The position numbers were made by a program, and so were the translations under genes. The notes beneath the pieces are model-generated. The model did not search any database. It saw nothing but the letters and a program-made list of their open reading frames with translations, and had not been told where the DNA came from. Positions 1-12,035 of a stretch of 64,000 nt of DNA are shown one piece after another (position 1 is the first letter of the stretch; every line of letters begins with the position of its first letter). Source of the stretch: an uncultured bacterium (lineage in GTDB: Bacteria > Chloroflexota > UBA5177 > JANWHV01); the NCBI GenBank assembly GCA_963827235.1, contig CAWHAE010000020.1, positions 212,464 through 276,463 on the forward strand, read 5' to 3'.

Positions 1-1749
1 TCGACAACCACGATCGAGCAGAATGCGCAGAGCTTCTCCGCACAGCTCACCGACGAGGTTCGCAACAATCTCGACACGTTCGTCGGCCAGGCCGAGCGAC
101 TCACCTATTGGCCGTTCCAGTCCGACGCCGTGCAACAGGTGCTTCGCGACTACCAGCACGGCGCGGCTGGCGGTCCCGGGCTCAACGACGTGCTGACCAT
201 GCGCGACGCGCTCGGCTACATCGGGCACAGCCGTTCGGACGTGGAAGGAATCTACGTGGTGACGCGCGGCGGCTCCCTGTTCAGCTGGCAGGCTTCCGGC
301 GATCTGGTGCAGCACCCAAAGACCCTGGGCGCAACATGGTACTCGCAGGCGCTCGTCGCGAGTCCCCGCACCGTGGTCTTGCCCACCGGCCGCCAGGAGC
401 TGATTTCCGTTGCAACCGGCAAGGTGTTTTCGCTCGCGGCGACGCTGCGCGACCGCCACACCGGTGCCTTGCTGGGTGCCGTGCGCATCGACCTGGATGC
501 GGATGCCCTGGCAAGCGTCGTGCAGCGCATCAGCCTCGGGCTGCAGGGGCGCCTGCTGGTGATCGCGCCCGGCGGCCAGGTCGTCTATCCCATCGATCCT
601 AGCGGGCAGGAAACCACGCTGGCACGCATGATCGCCTCGCAACACGGCCGTACCGCCACTGGCCGGCTGCAGCTCGAGCTTGGGAGCTCGGACCTCCTGG
701 CCACTTACGACACCGCCTCTTCCGGTCGGTGGATCGTGGCGGGCGTGGTGCCCACCGACCAGTTGCTGTCCGGCACCGGGCATTTGCGCACGCTCATCAT
801 CACCGTGGCGGTGGCCTGCATCGTGGCCGGGGCTCTGTTCGCCAGCTTCATTCTCGGCCGGCTGACCCGTCCCCTGGCCGAGCTACGTAATGCCATGCTC
901 AGCGTCGAGGCGCACGGGGATCTTGACACCAGGATGAAAGTGCAGTCGAACGACGAGGTTGGGCAGCTGGCGCATAGCTTCAACACTATGCTCGACGAGA
1001 TCCGGCGCTTGATCGACGACGTCCTTCGCGCTCAGATCCACGAGCGCGAGGCAGAGCTGACAGCACTGCAGAACCAGATCAACCCGCATTTCCTGTACAA
1101 CACCCTGGAATCGATCAACATGCTGGCTCTTACGCACGGCGATCGAGACATCTCCCGCATGGTGACCTCGCTGGGCCGCCTTCTTCGCCTCTCCATATCC
1201 TCCCGCCAGGTGCTGATACCGCTCCGCCTCGAAGTCGACTACGTGAACCATTACCTGACCGTGCAGCGCATGCGGTACGGCGATCGCATCGCCATGAATG
1301 TCGAGATCGACGAACCGCTGCTCGAGTTCACTCTGCCCAAGCTGACCCTGCAGCCGGTGGTCGAGAACGCGCTATACCACGGCCTGGAGCCGCAACGGGG
1401 CCGCGGCAGTCTCAGCGTCTCCGGCCGGCTGGTCGCGGGCGAGCTGGAGCTGACCGTGAGCGATGATGGAGTGGGCATGGATGCTTTCACTCTGGCCTCC
1501 GTGCAGAAGGATCTGGAGGAGGGCGCGGACCGAGAGGGGCGATCGCTTGGCCTGGCGAACGTGCAGGAACGGCTGAAGCTTTATTGCGGGCCCACCTACG
1601 GGCTGACTATTCGCAGCGAGCAGGGAAAGGGCACGTCGGTGAGCTTCCGCATCCCGCCTGTGCTGCGCCTGCCGGAGAATCAGGATACCCACGCTGGTGA
1701 ACGGCCAAAGGACAACGGAAATGCTGCGACTGCTCATAGCCGACGATGA
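1..1749 (+). CDS. YesM/LytS-type sensor histidine kinase (Cache-HAMP-His_kinase-HATPase), 5'-truncated by the window edge
   Basis: Frame open from base 1. TM and HAMP, then ALQNQINPHFLYNTLESI, LQPVVENALYHG, DDGVG and GLANVQERL motifs. Confidence 0.92.
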   Translation, partial: STTTIEQNAQSFSAQLTDEVRNNLDTFVGQAERLTYWPFQSDAVQQVLRDYQHGAAGGPGLNDVLTMRDALGYIGHSRSDVEGIYVVTRGGSLFSWQASGDLVQHPKTLGATWYSQALVASPRTVVLPTGRQELISVATGKVFSLAATLRDRHTGALLGAVRIDLDADALASVVQRISLGLQGRLLVIAPGGQVVYPIDPSGQETTLARMIASQHGRTATGRLQLELGSSDLLATYDTASSGRWIVAGVVPTDQLLSGTGHLRTLIITVAVACIVAGALFASFILGRLTRPLAELRNAMLSVEAHGDLDTRMKVQSNDEVGQLAHSFNTMLDEIRRLIDDVLRAQIHEREAELTALQNQINPHFLYNTLESINMLALTHGDRDISRMVTSLGRLLRLSISSRQVLIPLRLEVDYVNHYLTVQRMRYGDRIAMNVEIDEPLLEFTLPKLTLQPVVENALYHGLEPQRGRGSLSVSGRLVAGELELTVSDDGVGMDAFTLASVQKDLEEGADREGRSLGLANVQERLKLYCGPTYGLTIRSEQGKGTSVSFRIPPVLRLPENQDTHAGERPKDNGNAATAHSRR

Positions 1750-3262
1750 GGAGCTGGTCCGTCGCGGGCTCGTGGCGGTGATCGCGCGTGACGCGCCCGA
1801 GATCGAGATCACCGGTACGGCGGTCGACGGCGAGGATGCCCTGGAGCAGGCTCAGCGCGTGGTGCCCGACGCCGTGCTCACCGACATCCACATGCCGGGT
1901 GTGAACGGACTGGACCTGATTCAGCGTCTCCGTGCCACGCATCCGCGCCTGCGCTGCGTGATCCTGAGCGGGTACGACGAGTTCGACTACGCGCGGCGCG
2001 CGGTCAGCCTTGGCGTGGCGGAGTATCTGCTCAAGCCCGTGGATCCCGACGAACTGCTCGCCCTGTTGCGGCGTATCGCTTCCGAGGTGGAGACCGAGCG
2101 CCGGGAGCGCCGGCTGCGCCAGGCCAGTGCCGGCATTACACGCGAACAGAGCGCCAGGTGGCTGCTGGACGGCGTCCCGGTGGATGACGAGCTGCTCGCC
2201 GGTGCCTTCCCTTCGGCCCCGGCCTGGGGGTTGGCCCTCATCCAGAACCCGAGCACCGCTGAGGATCGTCAGACTCTGCGCGACGCCTGCGAGGCCGGGC
2301 TGGAACACAGCGTGCTGGTCGACGATGCGTACGGCTACTTGTGCGTCCTGGTGCCCCTCCCGGACAGCGATCTGGCTACTGCCGCCGCGATGGGCTCCCG
2401 TCTGAGCAGTGCCTTGCAGGAGCGCCAAATCGCCTCCGCCGTGACCGTGGGCCGTCCATCGACAGATCTGGTCGGGGTCGGAGACGCGCACGGCGAGGCC
2501 CTGGAAGCAGCGGAGTATCACAGCATCGGTGCGGGCTCCGCGACCCTGCTGAGCTGGGACGTGCTCTCGCAGTCGGCGGAGCGCTGGCCGGCGGTATCGC
2601 CGGAACGCCGGGACGCCCTGCTGGAAGCCGTAGCTCAAGGCCTGGAGGCCGACGCCCAGCGCGAAGCGCGCGAGTTCGTCGCCTACGCTCGCGCGCACGT
2701 GCCTCCCGGCGGTTTTCGTGCCCTGTGGTCCGAGATCGTGGTGCTGCTGGTCAACCGCGTGCAACAATTTGGGGTGCGGGCGGATGCGCTGCTTGAGCCC
2801 CGACAGGATCTTCGCAGCCTGCTCGCCGCGCCGACCGACGTCGCCCGGCAGGAGGAACAGCTGGTGTCGCTGGCGGCACGGGCGGCACGGGAATGCTGGC
2901 GTGTGCGCACGCAGCATTCGCCGCGCGCGACTATCCGGGAGCTGCGGGAATACATTGCCGATCACCTGGCAGACGATCTGACGATCGCCGTCCTGGCGCA
3001 GCGCATGCACCTTACCGCCAAGTACCTGGGCGAGGTCTTCAAGCAGAGCACGGGCGAGTCGTTAGGTGAGTACATCATTCGAGCGCGGATCAAGCGCGCC
3101 TGCGATCTGCTCGGCACGACGTCTCTCAAGGTGCACGTGATCGCTGAGCACGTGGGCTATGGCGATCCTAAGCACTTTGCCACCATGTTCCGCTCCTTGG
3201 TAGGCGTCTCACCGGTCGAGTATCGCGGACAATGCCGGGTTCGGCAGGAAGGTGAGACCTGA
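1721..3262 (+). CDS. YesN-type response regulator (receiver + AraC HTH)
   Basis: MLRLLIADDE, TDIHMPG and YLLKP receiver motifs; C-terminal AraC signature (VGYGDPKHFATMFRSLVGVSPVEYR). Overlaps the kinase 3' end. Alternative GTG start at 1697. Confidence 0.93.
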   Translation: MLRLLIADDEELVRRGLVAVIARDAPEIEITGTAVDGEDALEQAQRVVPDAVLTDIHMPGVNGLDLIQRLRATHPRLRCVILSGYDEFDYARRAVSLGVAEYLLKPVDPDELLALLRRIASEVETERRERRLRQASAGITREQSARWLLDGVPVDDELLAGAFPSAPAWGLALIQNPSTAEDRQTLRDACEAGLEHSVLVDDAYGYLCVLVPLPDSDLATAAAMGSRLSSALQERQIASAVTVGRPSTDLVGVGDAHGEALEAAEYHSIGAGSATLLSWDVLSQSAERWPAVSPERRDALLEAVAQGLEADAQREAREFVAYARAHVPPGGFRALWSEIVVLLVNRVQQFGVRADALLEPRQDLRSLLAAPTDVARQEEQLVSLAARAARECWRVRTQHSPRATIRELREYIADHLADDLTIAVLAQRMHLTAKYLGEVFKQSTGESLGEYIIRARIKRACDLLGTTSLKVHVIAEHVGYGDPKHFATMFRSLVGVSPVEYRGQCRVRQEGET

Positions 3263-4529
3263 GGTGCTGCTCACGCGGCGCGAGGCGCTGCTGGCCGCCG
3301 CCGCCTCGCTGGCCGCTGCCGGTGAGGCGCGCACTCGCACTCGGGCCGCCGCCATCCCGGTGAGCTTCTGGGGTGGATGGACCGGACCAGATGGCCTGGT
3401 CATGCAACGGCTCGTCGCGCGCTTTAACGCCGAGGTGGACGACGTCGAGGTGACGCTCACGCTCTACAACTGGGACCTGATCTTCGACCGCTGGCGCCAG
3501 GAGTTCTACGGAGGCTCCCCGCCCGACCTTGTCGGCATCCACGCCAGCGAGGTCGCCGAGTACGCGGGGAACGGCATGCTGCGCGAGATTGGCGCCGAGG
3601 CACGTCGCATGGACCTGTCGGCCGGGCAGTTCCTGCCGGTGGTCTGGAGGAAGTGCCTGGTGGAGAACGGACTCTATGCCGTGCCGCTCGACGTGCATCC
3701 ACTTGGCCTGTACATTAACGCTCGATCGGCCCGTCGGGTTGGGCTCGATCCCAGCCGTCCGCCGGCCACAGGCGCCGAGCTGTTGAGCTGGGCTTCCCGC
3801 CTGACCAGCCACGGGCGTGGCACGTGGGGACTGGCCGCTCCCGCGGGCGACGTGGAGTGTTTCCGTCAGTGGTATTGCCTGCTCTACCAGTACGGCGGGC
3901 AGTTCATGGACGATGCCGGCACACGGTGCGTGGCGGACAGCCCGGAAGGCACGCAGGCGTACAGCTTCCTGCGCGACTTGATCGTGCGCTGGCGAGTGGC
4001 TATGCCCGCGGAGGCGTCGCCGGACGCGGATTTCCTGGCCGGCCGGCTGGCCATGTACGTGCAAGGGCCGTGGTACATCCGTGGGGCGCTGCAGGCCGGC
4101 ATCGACCTGGTCACGGCTCCTATGCCGCGCGTCGGCAGGCGGGACTTGGTTTGGGCCAACTCTCACGTGCTGGCTGTGGTGAATACCGAGGACGCGACGC
4201 GAGCCGCCGCTGCCATGCGCTTCATCGGATGGCTGCATGCACACGCGCTGGACTGGGCAGAGGCTGGGCAGGTGCCCGCTTCCAACGCGGCCCGCTCACG
4301 GCTCTCCGGCGCCTCCGTGTGGCCCTACCTCCGCCCGTACGCGGCACAGGTGTCGCGGGTCGTCTATCAACCGAGCTTGCCGGATGCGGCACAGCTCTTC
4401 GCGGAGCAGGCGCTAACGCCGCTGACCAGCGCCACGCGGGCCGTCATGCTGGGACAGGAGACACCCGCACAGGCCGTCCGCATCATGAGCGACCAGGTGA
4501 ATCAGGCGCTTGCAGCGCCGGCGACCTGA
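3252..4529 (+). CDS. ABC-type carbohydrate solute-binding protein (SBP_bac_1-like) with twin-arginine-like leader
   Basis: LTRREALL leader; FWGGWTGPDG, PPDL, LYAVPLD and DFLAGRLAMYVQGPW motifs typical of CUT1 SBPs. Confidence 0.88.
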   Translation: MRPEVLLTRREALLAAAASLAAAGEARTRTRAAAIPVSFWGGWTGPDGLVMQRLVARFNAEVDDVEVTLTLYNWDLIFDRWRQEFYGGSPPDLVGIHASEVAEYAGNGMLREIGAEARRMDLSAGQFLPVVWRKCLVENGLYAVPLDVHPLGLYINARSARRVGLDPSRPPATGAELLSWASRLTSHGRGTWGLAAPAGDVECFRQWYCLLYQYGGQFMDDAGTRCVADSPEGTQAYSFLRDLIVRWRVAMPAEASPDADFLAGRLAMYVQGPWYIRGALQAGIDLVTAPMPRVGRRDLVWANSHVLAVVNTEDATRAAAAMRFIGWLHAHALDWAEAGQVPASNAARSRLSGASVWPYLRPYAAQVSRVVYQPSLPDAAQLFAEQALTPLTSATRAVMLGQETPAQAVRIMSDQVNQALAAPAT

Positions 4530-4538
4530 CTCGCTCGT

Positions 4539-5607
4539 TTGGCTGCGCGATTCATATCCCACAAGACGACGCTCAAGTACCACCCGTTCTCGGTTCCCGG
4601 CAGTGCCGACTACAACCGCACCATGGCCGGCTGGCTGCGCTATGTCCTCGCGCCTGTAAGCTACGCTACGCGCGCACTGGGCACTACCACCGGCAAGGAC
4701 AAGCGATTTGACCTGGAGATCTGGAACGAGCTGAGCGAGAGCCCTCACTTCCTGTTCATCACGACTACTACGGTCGCGTGGTCTACAACTACGACGAGCA
4801 GAGCATCTACCGCAATCTCCTCCTTGCGACCACGCACTACATAGCCACCCACCCGGCCGAGTTCGAGGGCGTGAAGGTGGGCGACGGTATTGCCAGCAAC
4901 ATTCCCTGGCCCGCGGCGTCGACGGAGCCGCTTCAGATCAACGCCATCGACAAGCATCTATACGAGCGGCGCATTACCGACCCGCGCTCCACCTCGCCGC
5001 TAATGGCCTTCGATCGATCGGTGATCGATATCTGGAGCAAGGTCCACCTCGACGCCCTGGGCCGGCGAGACTCCTCGCGGTGTGAGCCATCGTACTCCGC
5101 CTTCTTCCCTGAGTGTTTCGGCACGTTCCTGCGCACGGACAGCGTCGTTCGCGACATGTCGCCGATCACCACCACGATTGACGGCGTGGCTCATGGCCAG
5201 TTCGCCCGCGTCGTGGACGGCAAGGTGGTACCGACCGCCCTCTGGGTGACGGAGGTCGGAATGACCATCAGACAGGACTGGCCGCCGATCACGGAGGGTC
5301 GCGAGCTCTACGTGGAAGCTAAGGCCGATGCGCGATACTACTGTTTCTACCTTGGCAAAGGGGCGACCCAGCTGGACCTGTACGCGGCAGTCGATCCGGA
5401 CAGCGGCCTGCTGCTACCGATCTTCCTCTTGCTTGCCGCTAAGCCTCACGCAACCTAGCCAAAGAACGACGCTCCTTACACTCCGCGGCCCTCGTGGTCA
5501 CCGAACGCATCGTTCAGAAGATGCGACAATCCCTCGACGCCAAATTGACCCTCACGCTCAAAACAGCGGACTACCCATACCTGCTGACCATTCAGGAGAG
5601 CCGGTAG
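4539..5607 (+). pseudogene. Degraded hypothetical protein (possibly glycoside-hydrolase-like)
   Basis: Protein-like text across shifting frames (FDLEIWNELS; WVTEVG; ...TADYPYLLTIQESR stop at 5605-5607). In-frame TAG at 5456-5458, frameshifts near 4740-4780 and 5485, and no convincing start. Confidence 0.6.
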
Positions 5608-5699
5608 AACGCTCAAACCCTGTCGGCTCCGTCACAGGCATTGGCGATGCCGGCAGTGCGCGTGCCGGTCGCGCCTGGCCGGGAAGCGCTGTGCACGCT

Positions 5700-6395
5700 T
5701 CAGCCGAGCATTCCGCCGTGGAACCGCCGCAGGCAGCCCTCCCACATGATCGGGGCGGTATCGCAGCGGTCGAGCTGGGCCGCAAAGTCGACGTCGACAG
5801 CGCGGCCCTTCAACAGCAGCTCACGTCCACTGCCGCAGTCGCGGAGCAGCCATTGCAGTCGATCTCGGCAACCGCGAAAGGCATGTTCGCACGCGAAAGC
5901 CTCCGGTGACTTGTCGAAGGGGAGACGAGACAGGATCGCGCCTGCGCCCAGGTAGTCTTCCAGGGCGAACCGGAGTGCTCCATCCTCGCTTGCTTCGCGC
6001 CGGCGCTCGCCGCAGGCAATGACCGTTACCGCCAGGTTCAATCTGTTTGCTGCGAGCTCGACCGCGGCGGACACGGTCGAGGCGTTGACCAACGAGCCTG
6101 CAAACAGGTACGGCGCCTCCCGGCCGTGGATGGCGCACAGGGCGCCGTTCGGCGAGGCCAGCGTCAGGCGCTCTCCCGCCGCCGCGGATTCCAACGGCCG
6201 GTGGCCGGCGACAGGAGAGCTGGGGACCACGTAGGCCCCCTGTTGGACGGCTACTGCCGTCGCGGTGGAAAAGCGCAAGACGTCGACGACCACCAGGACA
6301 TCGCCGCGTGCGGCCGCGCGACGCGCGCCATCCCATCCCCAGTCCAGGCGACAACGATAGCTCACTTGGTCGAAGCAGTTGGGTGGCAGGTGCAT
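5700..6395 (-). CDS. 2-phosphosulfolactate phosphatase (ComB family)
   Basis: FDQ..RCRLDWG, VVVDVLRFST, SPNG, VIACGER and EDYLGAGAI motifs. Start placed at ATG 6395 because the longer ORF runs through the tRNAs. Confidence 0.88.
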   Translation of the reverse strand: MHLPPNCFDQVSYRCRLDWGWDGARRAAARGDVLVVVDVLRFSTATAVAVQQGAYVVPSSPVAGHRPLESAAAGERLTLASPNGALCAIHGREAPYLFAGSLVNASTVSAAVELAANRLNLAVTVIACGERRREASEDGALRFALEDYLGAGAILSRLPFDKSPEAFACEHAFRGCRDRLQWLLRDCGSGRELLLKGRAVDVDFAAQLDRCDTAPIMWEGCLRRFHGGMLG

Positions 6396-6535
6396 ACAGG
6401 CAATATACGCTCGGCGCCTTGACCGGTGCCGGCACCGCTCGTCGCGACCTGCCTCGCGGACCGAATGAAGCGTGTGTTGGGAAACCGGCAACAAACCGGC
6501 GAGGAGCGCGAGATGTGCTGAAGAATCGGCCCCAA

Positions 6536-6570
6536 GCAAGAAGAAGGCCCCTCGACTGAGGCGCCTTCTT
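6536..6570 (-). terminator. Intrinsic terminator after the tRNA pair
   Basis: Stem AAGAAGGC-GCCTC..GAGGG-GCCTTCTT followed by a pyrimidine-rich tail on the minus strand. Confidence 0.7.
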
Positions 6571-6573
6571 AGC

Positions 6574-6648
6574 TGGAGCGGAAGACCGGGATCGAACCGG
6601 CGACCCTCTCCTTGGCAAGGAGATGCTCTACCACTGAGCCACTTCCGC
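6574..6648 (-). tRNA. tRNA-Gly(GCC)
   Basis: GCGGAAG acceptor stem, anticodon arm TCTCC-TTGCCAA-GGAGA, GTTCGAT T-loop, encoded CCA. Confidence 0.97.
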
Positions 6649-6652
6649 ATCG

Positions 6653-6728
6653 TGGTGCCGAGACCCAGATTTGAACTGGGGACACCCGCATTTTCAGTGC
6701 GGTGCTCTACCAACTGAGCTATCTCGGC
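6653..6728 (-). tRNA. tRNA-Phe(GAA)
   Basis: GCCGAGA acceptor stem, anticodon arm CCGCA-CTGAAAA-TGCGG, GTTCAAAT T-loop, encoded CCA. Confidence 0.97.
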
Positions 6729-6789
6729 ACGCCACCTGCCGATAAACCATAGCTGAGCCGGCAAGCCGGCACTGCTCGCGACAAGGGTT

Positions 6790-6818
6790 AGTTTACTCAG
6801 CATGCCTGGTCGTGTCAA
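6790..6818 (-). promoter_or_regulatory. Sigma70-type promoter for tRNA-Phe/Gly
   Basis: TTGACA-17 bp-TAAACT on the minus strand. Confidence 0.75.
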
Positions 6819-6949
6819 GCCTCGCCAAAGGGCTCTGGGACCTGTGCCCCGCCCGCCTGGCTCGCTCGCGGCACCCCGAATTGCGGGCGATCCGTAGTGA
6901 GAACCATTCTCGATCGGTGCTCGTCGCTCGGCGAGGAGGGGGTGAAATC

Positions 6950-6958
6950 TGGTATACT
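6950..6958 (+). promoter_or_regulatory. Extended -10 promoter of gyrB
   Basis: TG-G-TATACT about 160 bp upstream of the gyrB start. Confidence 0.5.
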
Positions 6959-6974
6959 TAAGTGCGGTAAATAG

Positions 6975-9038
<2,064 letters not shown>

Positions 9039-9056
9039 CAGGCGAGTCCGTGAACC

Positions 9057-9078
9057 CCCGGCGGTGCCGACCGCCGGG
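9057..9078 (+). terminator. GC-rich hairpin after gyrB
   Basis: CCCGGCGGT-GCCG-ACCGCCGGG; no U-tract. Confidence 0.45.
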
Positions 9079-9285
9079 CAAGTTGCGCCGCTGCCACACG
9101 TGTTTGCGCCGGGGGCCCGCTGGGCCCAGGGCCATTCAGTGGTTTCCGGTCAGACGCCGCCGTGCCACATGTGCCGGTGCCAGCCCGTTCCGGCAACAGA
9201 GCGGCGGCGGCGCTTTGATTAGGCGGCACGGTGCCGGAACGCTGCTTCTCTCTATAATGGCTGAGGGGGAAGCGAGAGTGAGGAA

Positions 9286-10338
9286 ATGAGCGCAGCAGTC
9301 GCTGGGTTACCCGTTGCGCTCGACGCGATGGGGGGTGATCGCGCGCCGGCCGAACCGGTTGCCGCTGCGATAACGGCCGCGCGCGATTACGGCGTCGGTG
9401 TGCGTCTGGTCGGCGATGAGCAGCAGCTCAGATCGGAGCTGGCCAGGCAGGGCCACACGCCGTCAGGTGTCACTATCGTTCACGCACCCGAGACGATCGA
9501 GATGCACGAGCACGCCGCGAAGGCCCTCCGCGCGAAGCCCAACGCCTCATTGCCCGTCGCTGTCGGCATGGCGCGAGATGGTCACGCCTGCGGCGCGGTG
9601 TCATGCGGCAACAGTGGCGCCATCATGGCGGCGGGCATCTTCATCCTCGGGCGCCTACCCGGGATCGATCGGCCCGCCTTCGGAGGCGTCGTACCCACCA
9701 GGACGGGTCAGGCATTCCTGGTCGACATGGGTGCCAACTCCGATTGCAAGCCGCAGTGGCTTCTGCAGTTCGCCCGCATGGGCGCGATCTACATGCGCGA
9801 GGCGCAGGGTGTGGCGAACCCCCGCGTGGGCCTGGTCAGCAACGGCTCCGAGGAAGGGAAGGGCTCTGTCCTCACGCTGGCCGCCTTCGACCTCATTCGC
9901 CAGAGCGGCCTGAACTTCGTGGGCAATGTCGAATGCAACGGCATCGCCAAGGGCGTGGCGGACGTGGTCGTCTGCGACGGCTTCACGGGCAACGCCATTC
10001 TCAAGACCATGGAAGGCACGGCAGGCGTGATCACGGGCCTGCTGCGGGAAACGCTGCAAAGCTCGCTGCGGGCCAGGATCGGTGCGCTGCTGGTCAGGCC
10101 GGCGCTGGAGACGATGCGTGCTCGCGTCGATTACGCGGAATACGGGGGCGTGCCGGTGCTCGGCGTCGATGGGATCCTGATTAACTGCCACGGCCGTTCC
10201 AAGGCGCGCGCCATCGTGCAGGGTATTCGGCTAGCGGATCGCATGGCTCGAGCGGACTTGGCGGGTGCCATCCGGCGTGAGCTGTCCAAGCTCGGGTCGC
10301 CGGAGGAGGCGCCATCGCTTGCAGCGCCTCCTGACTGA
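9286..10338 (+). CDS. plsX: Phosphate acyltransferase PlsX
   Basis: ALDAMGGD, SCGNSGA, GIDRPA, DMGANSD, VVVCDGFTGN and CHGRS motifs; TATAAT upstream. Confidence 0.96.
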   Translation: MSAAVAGLPVALDAMGGDRAPAEPVAAAITAARDYGVGVRLVGDEQQLRSELARQGHTPSGVTIVHAPETIEMHEHAAKALRAKPNASLPVAVGMARDGHACGAVSCGNSGAIMAAGIFILGRLPGIDRPAFGGVVPTRTGQAFLVDMGANSDCKPQWLLQFARMGAIYMREAQGVANPRVGLVSNGSEEGKGSVLTLAAFDLIRQSGLNFVGNVECNGIAKGVADVVVCDGFTGNAILKTMEGTAGVITGLLRETLQSSLRARIGALLVRPALETMRARVDYAEYGGVPVLGVDGILINCHGRSKARAIVQGIRLADRMARADLAGAIRRELSKLGSPEEAPSLAAPPD

Positions 10339-10349
10339 GGCCGATCGGG

Positions 10350-11549
10350 TCATGCCCGCGGCGTCGCCGCGGCAATCCCGCTCTCGGCGGCGGACTGCCC
10401 GCCGATCGCCCGCAGGCGGGCGGTGATTCCCGGCAGCACTTCCAGCAGACGGTCGACGTGTTGCTCCTCGCTGGTACGGCCCAGCGTGATCCGCAAGGCG
10501 CCGGCGGCCAGGTCGCGCTGAAGACCAAGCGCGAGCAGCACGTGCGACGGGTCTATCGAGCCCGCTGTGCAGGCTGACCCGCTGGATGCGGCTATCCCGT
10601 GCATGTCGAGGTTGAGCAGCATCGATTCGCCGTCGACGCCCGCGAAGCAGAAGTTGGCATTATTCGGCAGGCGCTGCTCCCGGTGCCCGTTCAGCGTGCT
10701 TCCCGGAATCCTCGCCAGCACCTCGTCGATGAGCCTGTCCCTCAAACCGCGCAGGCGATCTGCTTCTTCATCCATCGAGTCGCACGCCACGGAGAGCGCG
10801 GTCGCCACGCCCACGATGGAGGCCACGTTCTCTGTGCCTGCGCGCCGGCCGCGTTCCTGTCCGCCGCCCTGCTGCCCCGGCAGCCAGGCCGTGCCCCGCC
10901 GGACATACAGAACGCCGGCGCCCTTTGGGCCGTAGAACTTGTGAGCCGAAAGGCTCAACAGGTCCACGCCCAGGGAGTTGACGTCGAGAGGCAGATGGCC
11001 GGCCGTCTGCACGGCATCCGTGTGCACGAGGACACCGCGCGCGTGAGCTATGGCTGCGATCGCGGCCAGTGGCTGTATAGTGCCTATCTCGTTGTTCGCG
11101 TGCATCACCGACACCAGCACGGTAGTGGGCCGCATGGCTTGGGCGATTGCCTCGGGGTCGACCAGACCATCGCGCCTTACAGGCACGAACGTAGTCTCTA
11201 TGCCGAACCGCTGAAGCCACTCGCACGTGTGTAGCACGGCGTGGTGCTCGATTTGCGTGGTCACCACGTGGTTCCCACGCTCACGATTCGCCCACACCAC
11301 GCCCTTGATCGCGGCGTTGTCACTCTCCGAGCCGCCGCTCGTGAAGATGAGCTCGCTGTTCCTGGTACCGAGCAGCGACGCAACCGTACCGCGCGCCCGG
11401 TCCATCGCCTGGCGCGCCGCTCGAGCCTGCGTATAGAGGCTCGACGGGTTGCCGAACTGCTCGCAGAAGTAGGGCATCATGGCCTCGACTACGCGCCGGT
11501 CGACAGGCGTGGTCGCGGCAAAATCGAGATAAATCGCTTCTTCAGTCAT
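10350..11549 (-). CDS. iscS: Cysteine desulfurase (IscS/NifS family)
   Basis: IYLDFAATTP, FGNPSS, SAHKFYGPKG (PLP lysine) and SSGSAC (catalytic Cys) motifs; GGAGGAGG RBS. Confidence 0.93.
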   Translation of the reverse strand: MTEEAIYLDFAATTPVDRRVVEAMMPYFCEQFGNPSSLYTQARAARQAMDRARGTVASLLGTRNSELIFTSGGSESDNAAIKGVVWANRERGNHVVTTQIEHHAVLHTCEWLQRFGIETTFVPVRRDGLVDPEAIAQAMRPTTVLVSVMHANNEIGTIQPLAAIAAIAHARGVLVHTDAVQTAGHLPLDVNSLGVDLLSLSAHKFYGPKGAGVLYVRRGTAWLPGQQGGGQERGRRAGTENVASIVGVATALSVACDSMDEEADRLRGLRDRLIDEVLARIPGSTLNGHREQRLPNNANFCFAGVDGESMLLNLDMHGIAASSGSACTAGSIDPSHVLLALGLQRDLAAGALRITLGRTSEEQHVDRLLEVLPGITARLRAIGGQSAAESGIAAATPRA

Positions 11550-12035
11550 ATGGCTCAGTCCTCCTCCATGATGCCGGTGCACGTGCCTCGCGACAAGTAG
11601 CTTGGCGCCGGATGGCAGATCAGCATGGCGTGCTCCAAAGAGGAGCCCCGGCTATCGTGGAATCATGACCGCTTTCGGACGTGCCGGCATGGCCTCCGTC
11701 GTCGTGCGACAACCCGTTGCGGCATCATCTCCAGGTCGGCTCGAAGGCGAGATCGCAGCGCCGGCGATCGAATGCTCGCTCGGTCGGTTGAGGCGCGCGA
11801 GATGCCACTTGGCGTGTTACTATTGGAGTCGGTGATGTCGTGCGTGTCCCGGGCTCGACGCGCCCATCTGGGTCGTGTGAGCTTAGTAGAAGGAATCGGC
11901 AGCGGTCGTGCGCGACCAGACTTCAGACGGGGTCGCTTGGCATCCTGACGCTCGACTTGGGACGCCGGGTGTTTCTTTGGCACGACGCATCGCCGGGCTC
12001 AGGTTCCCGGATGGGCGCCGGTAGTAGCCGTCGCT

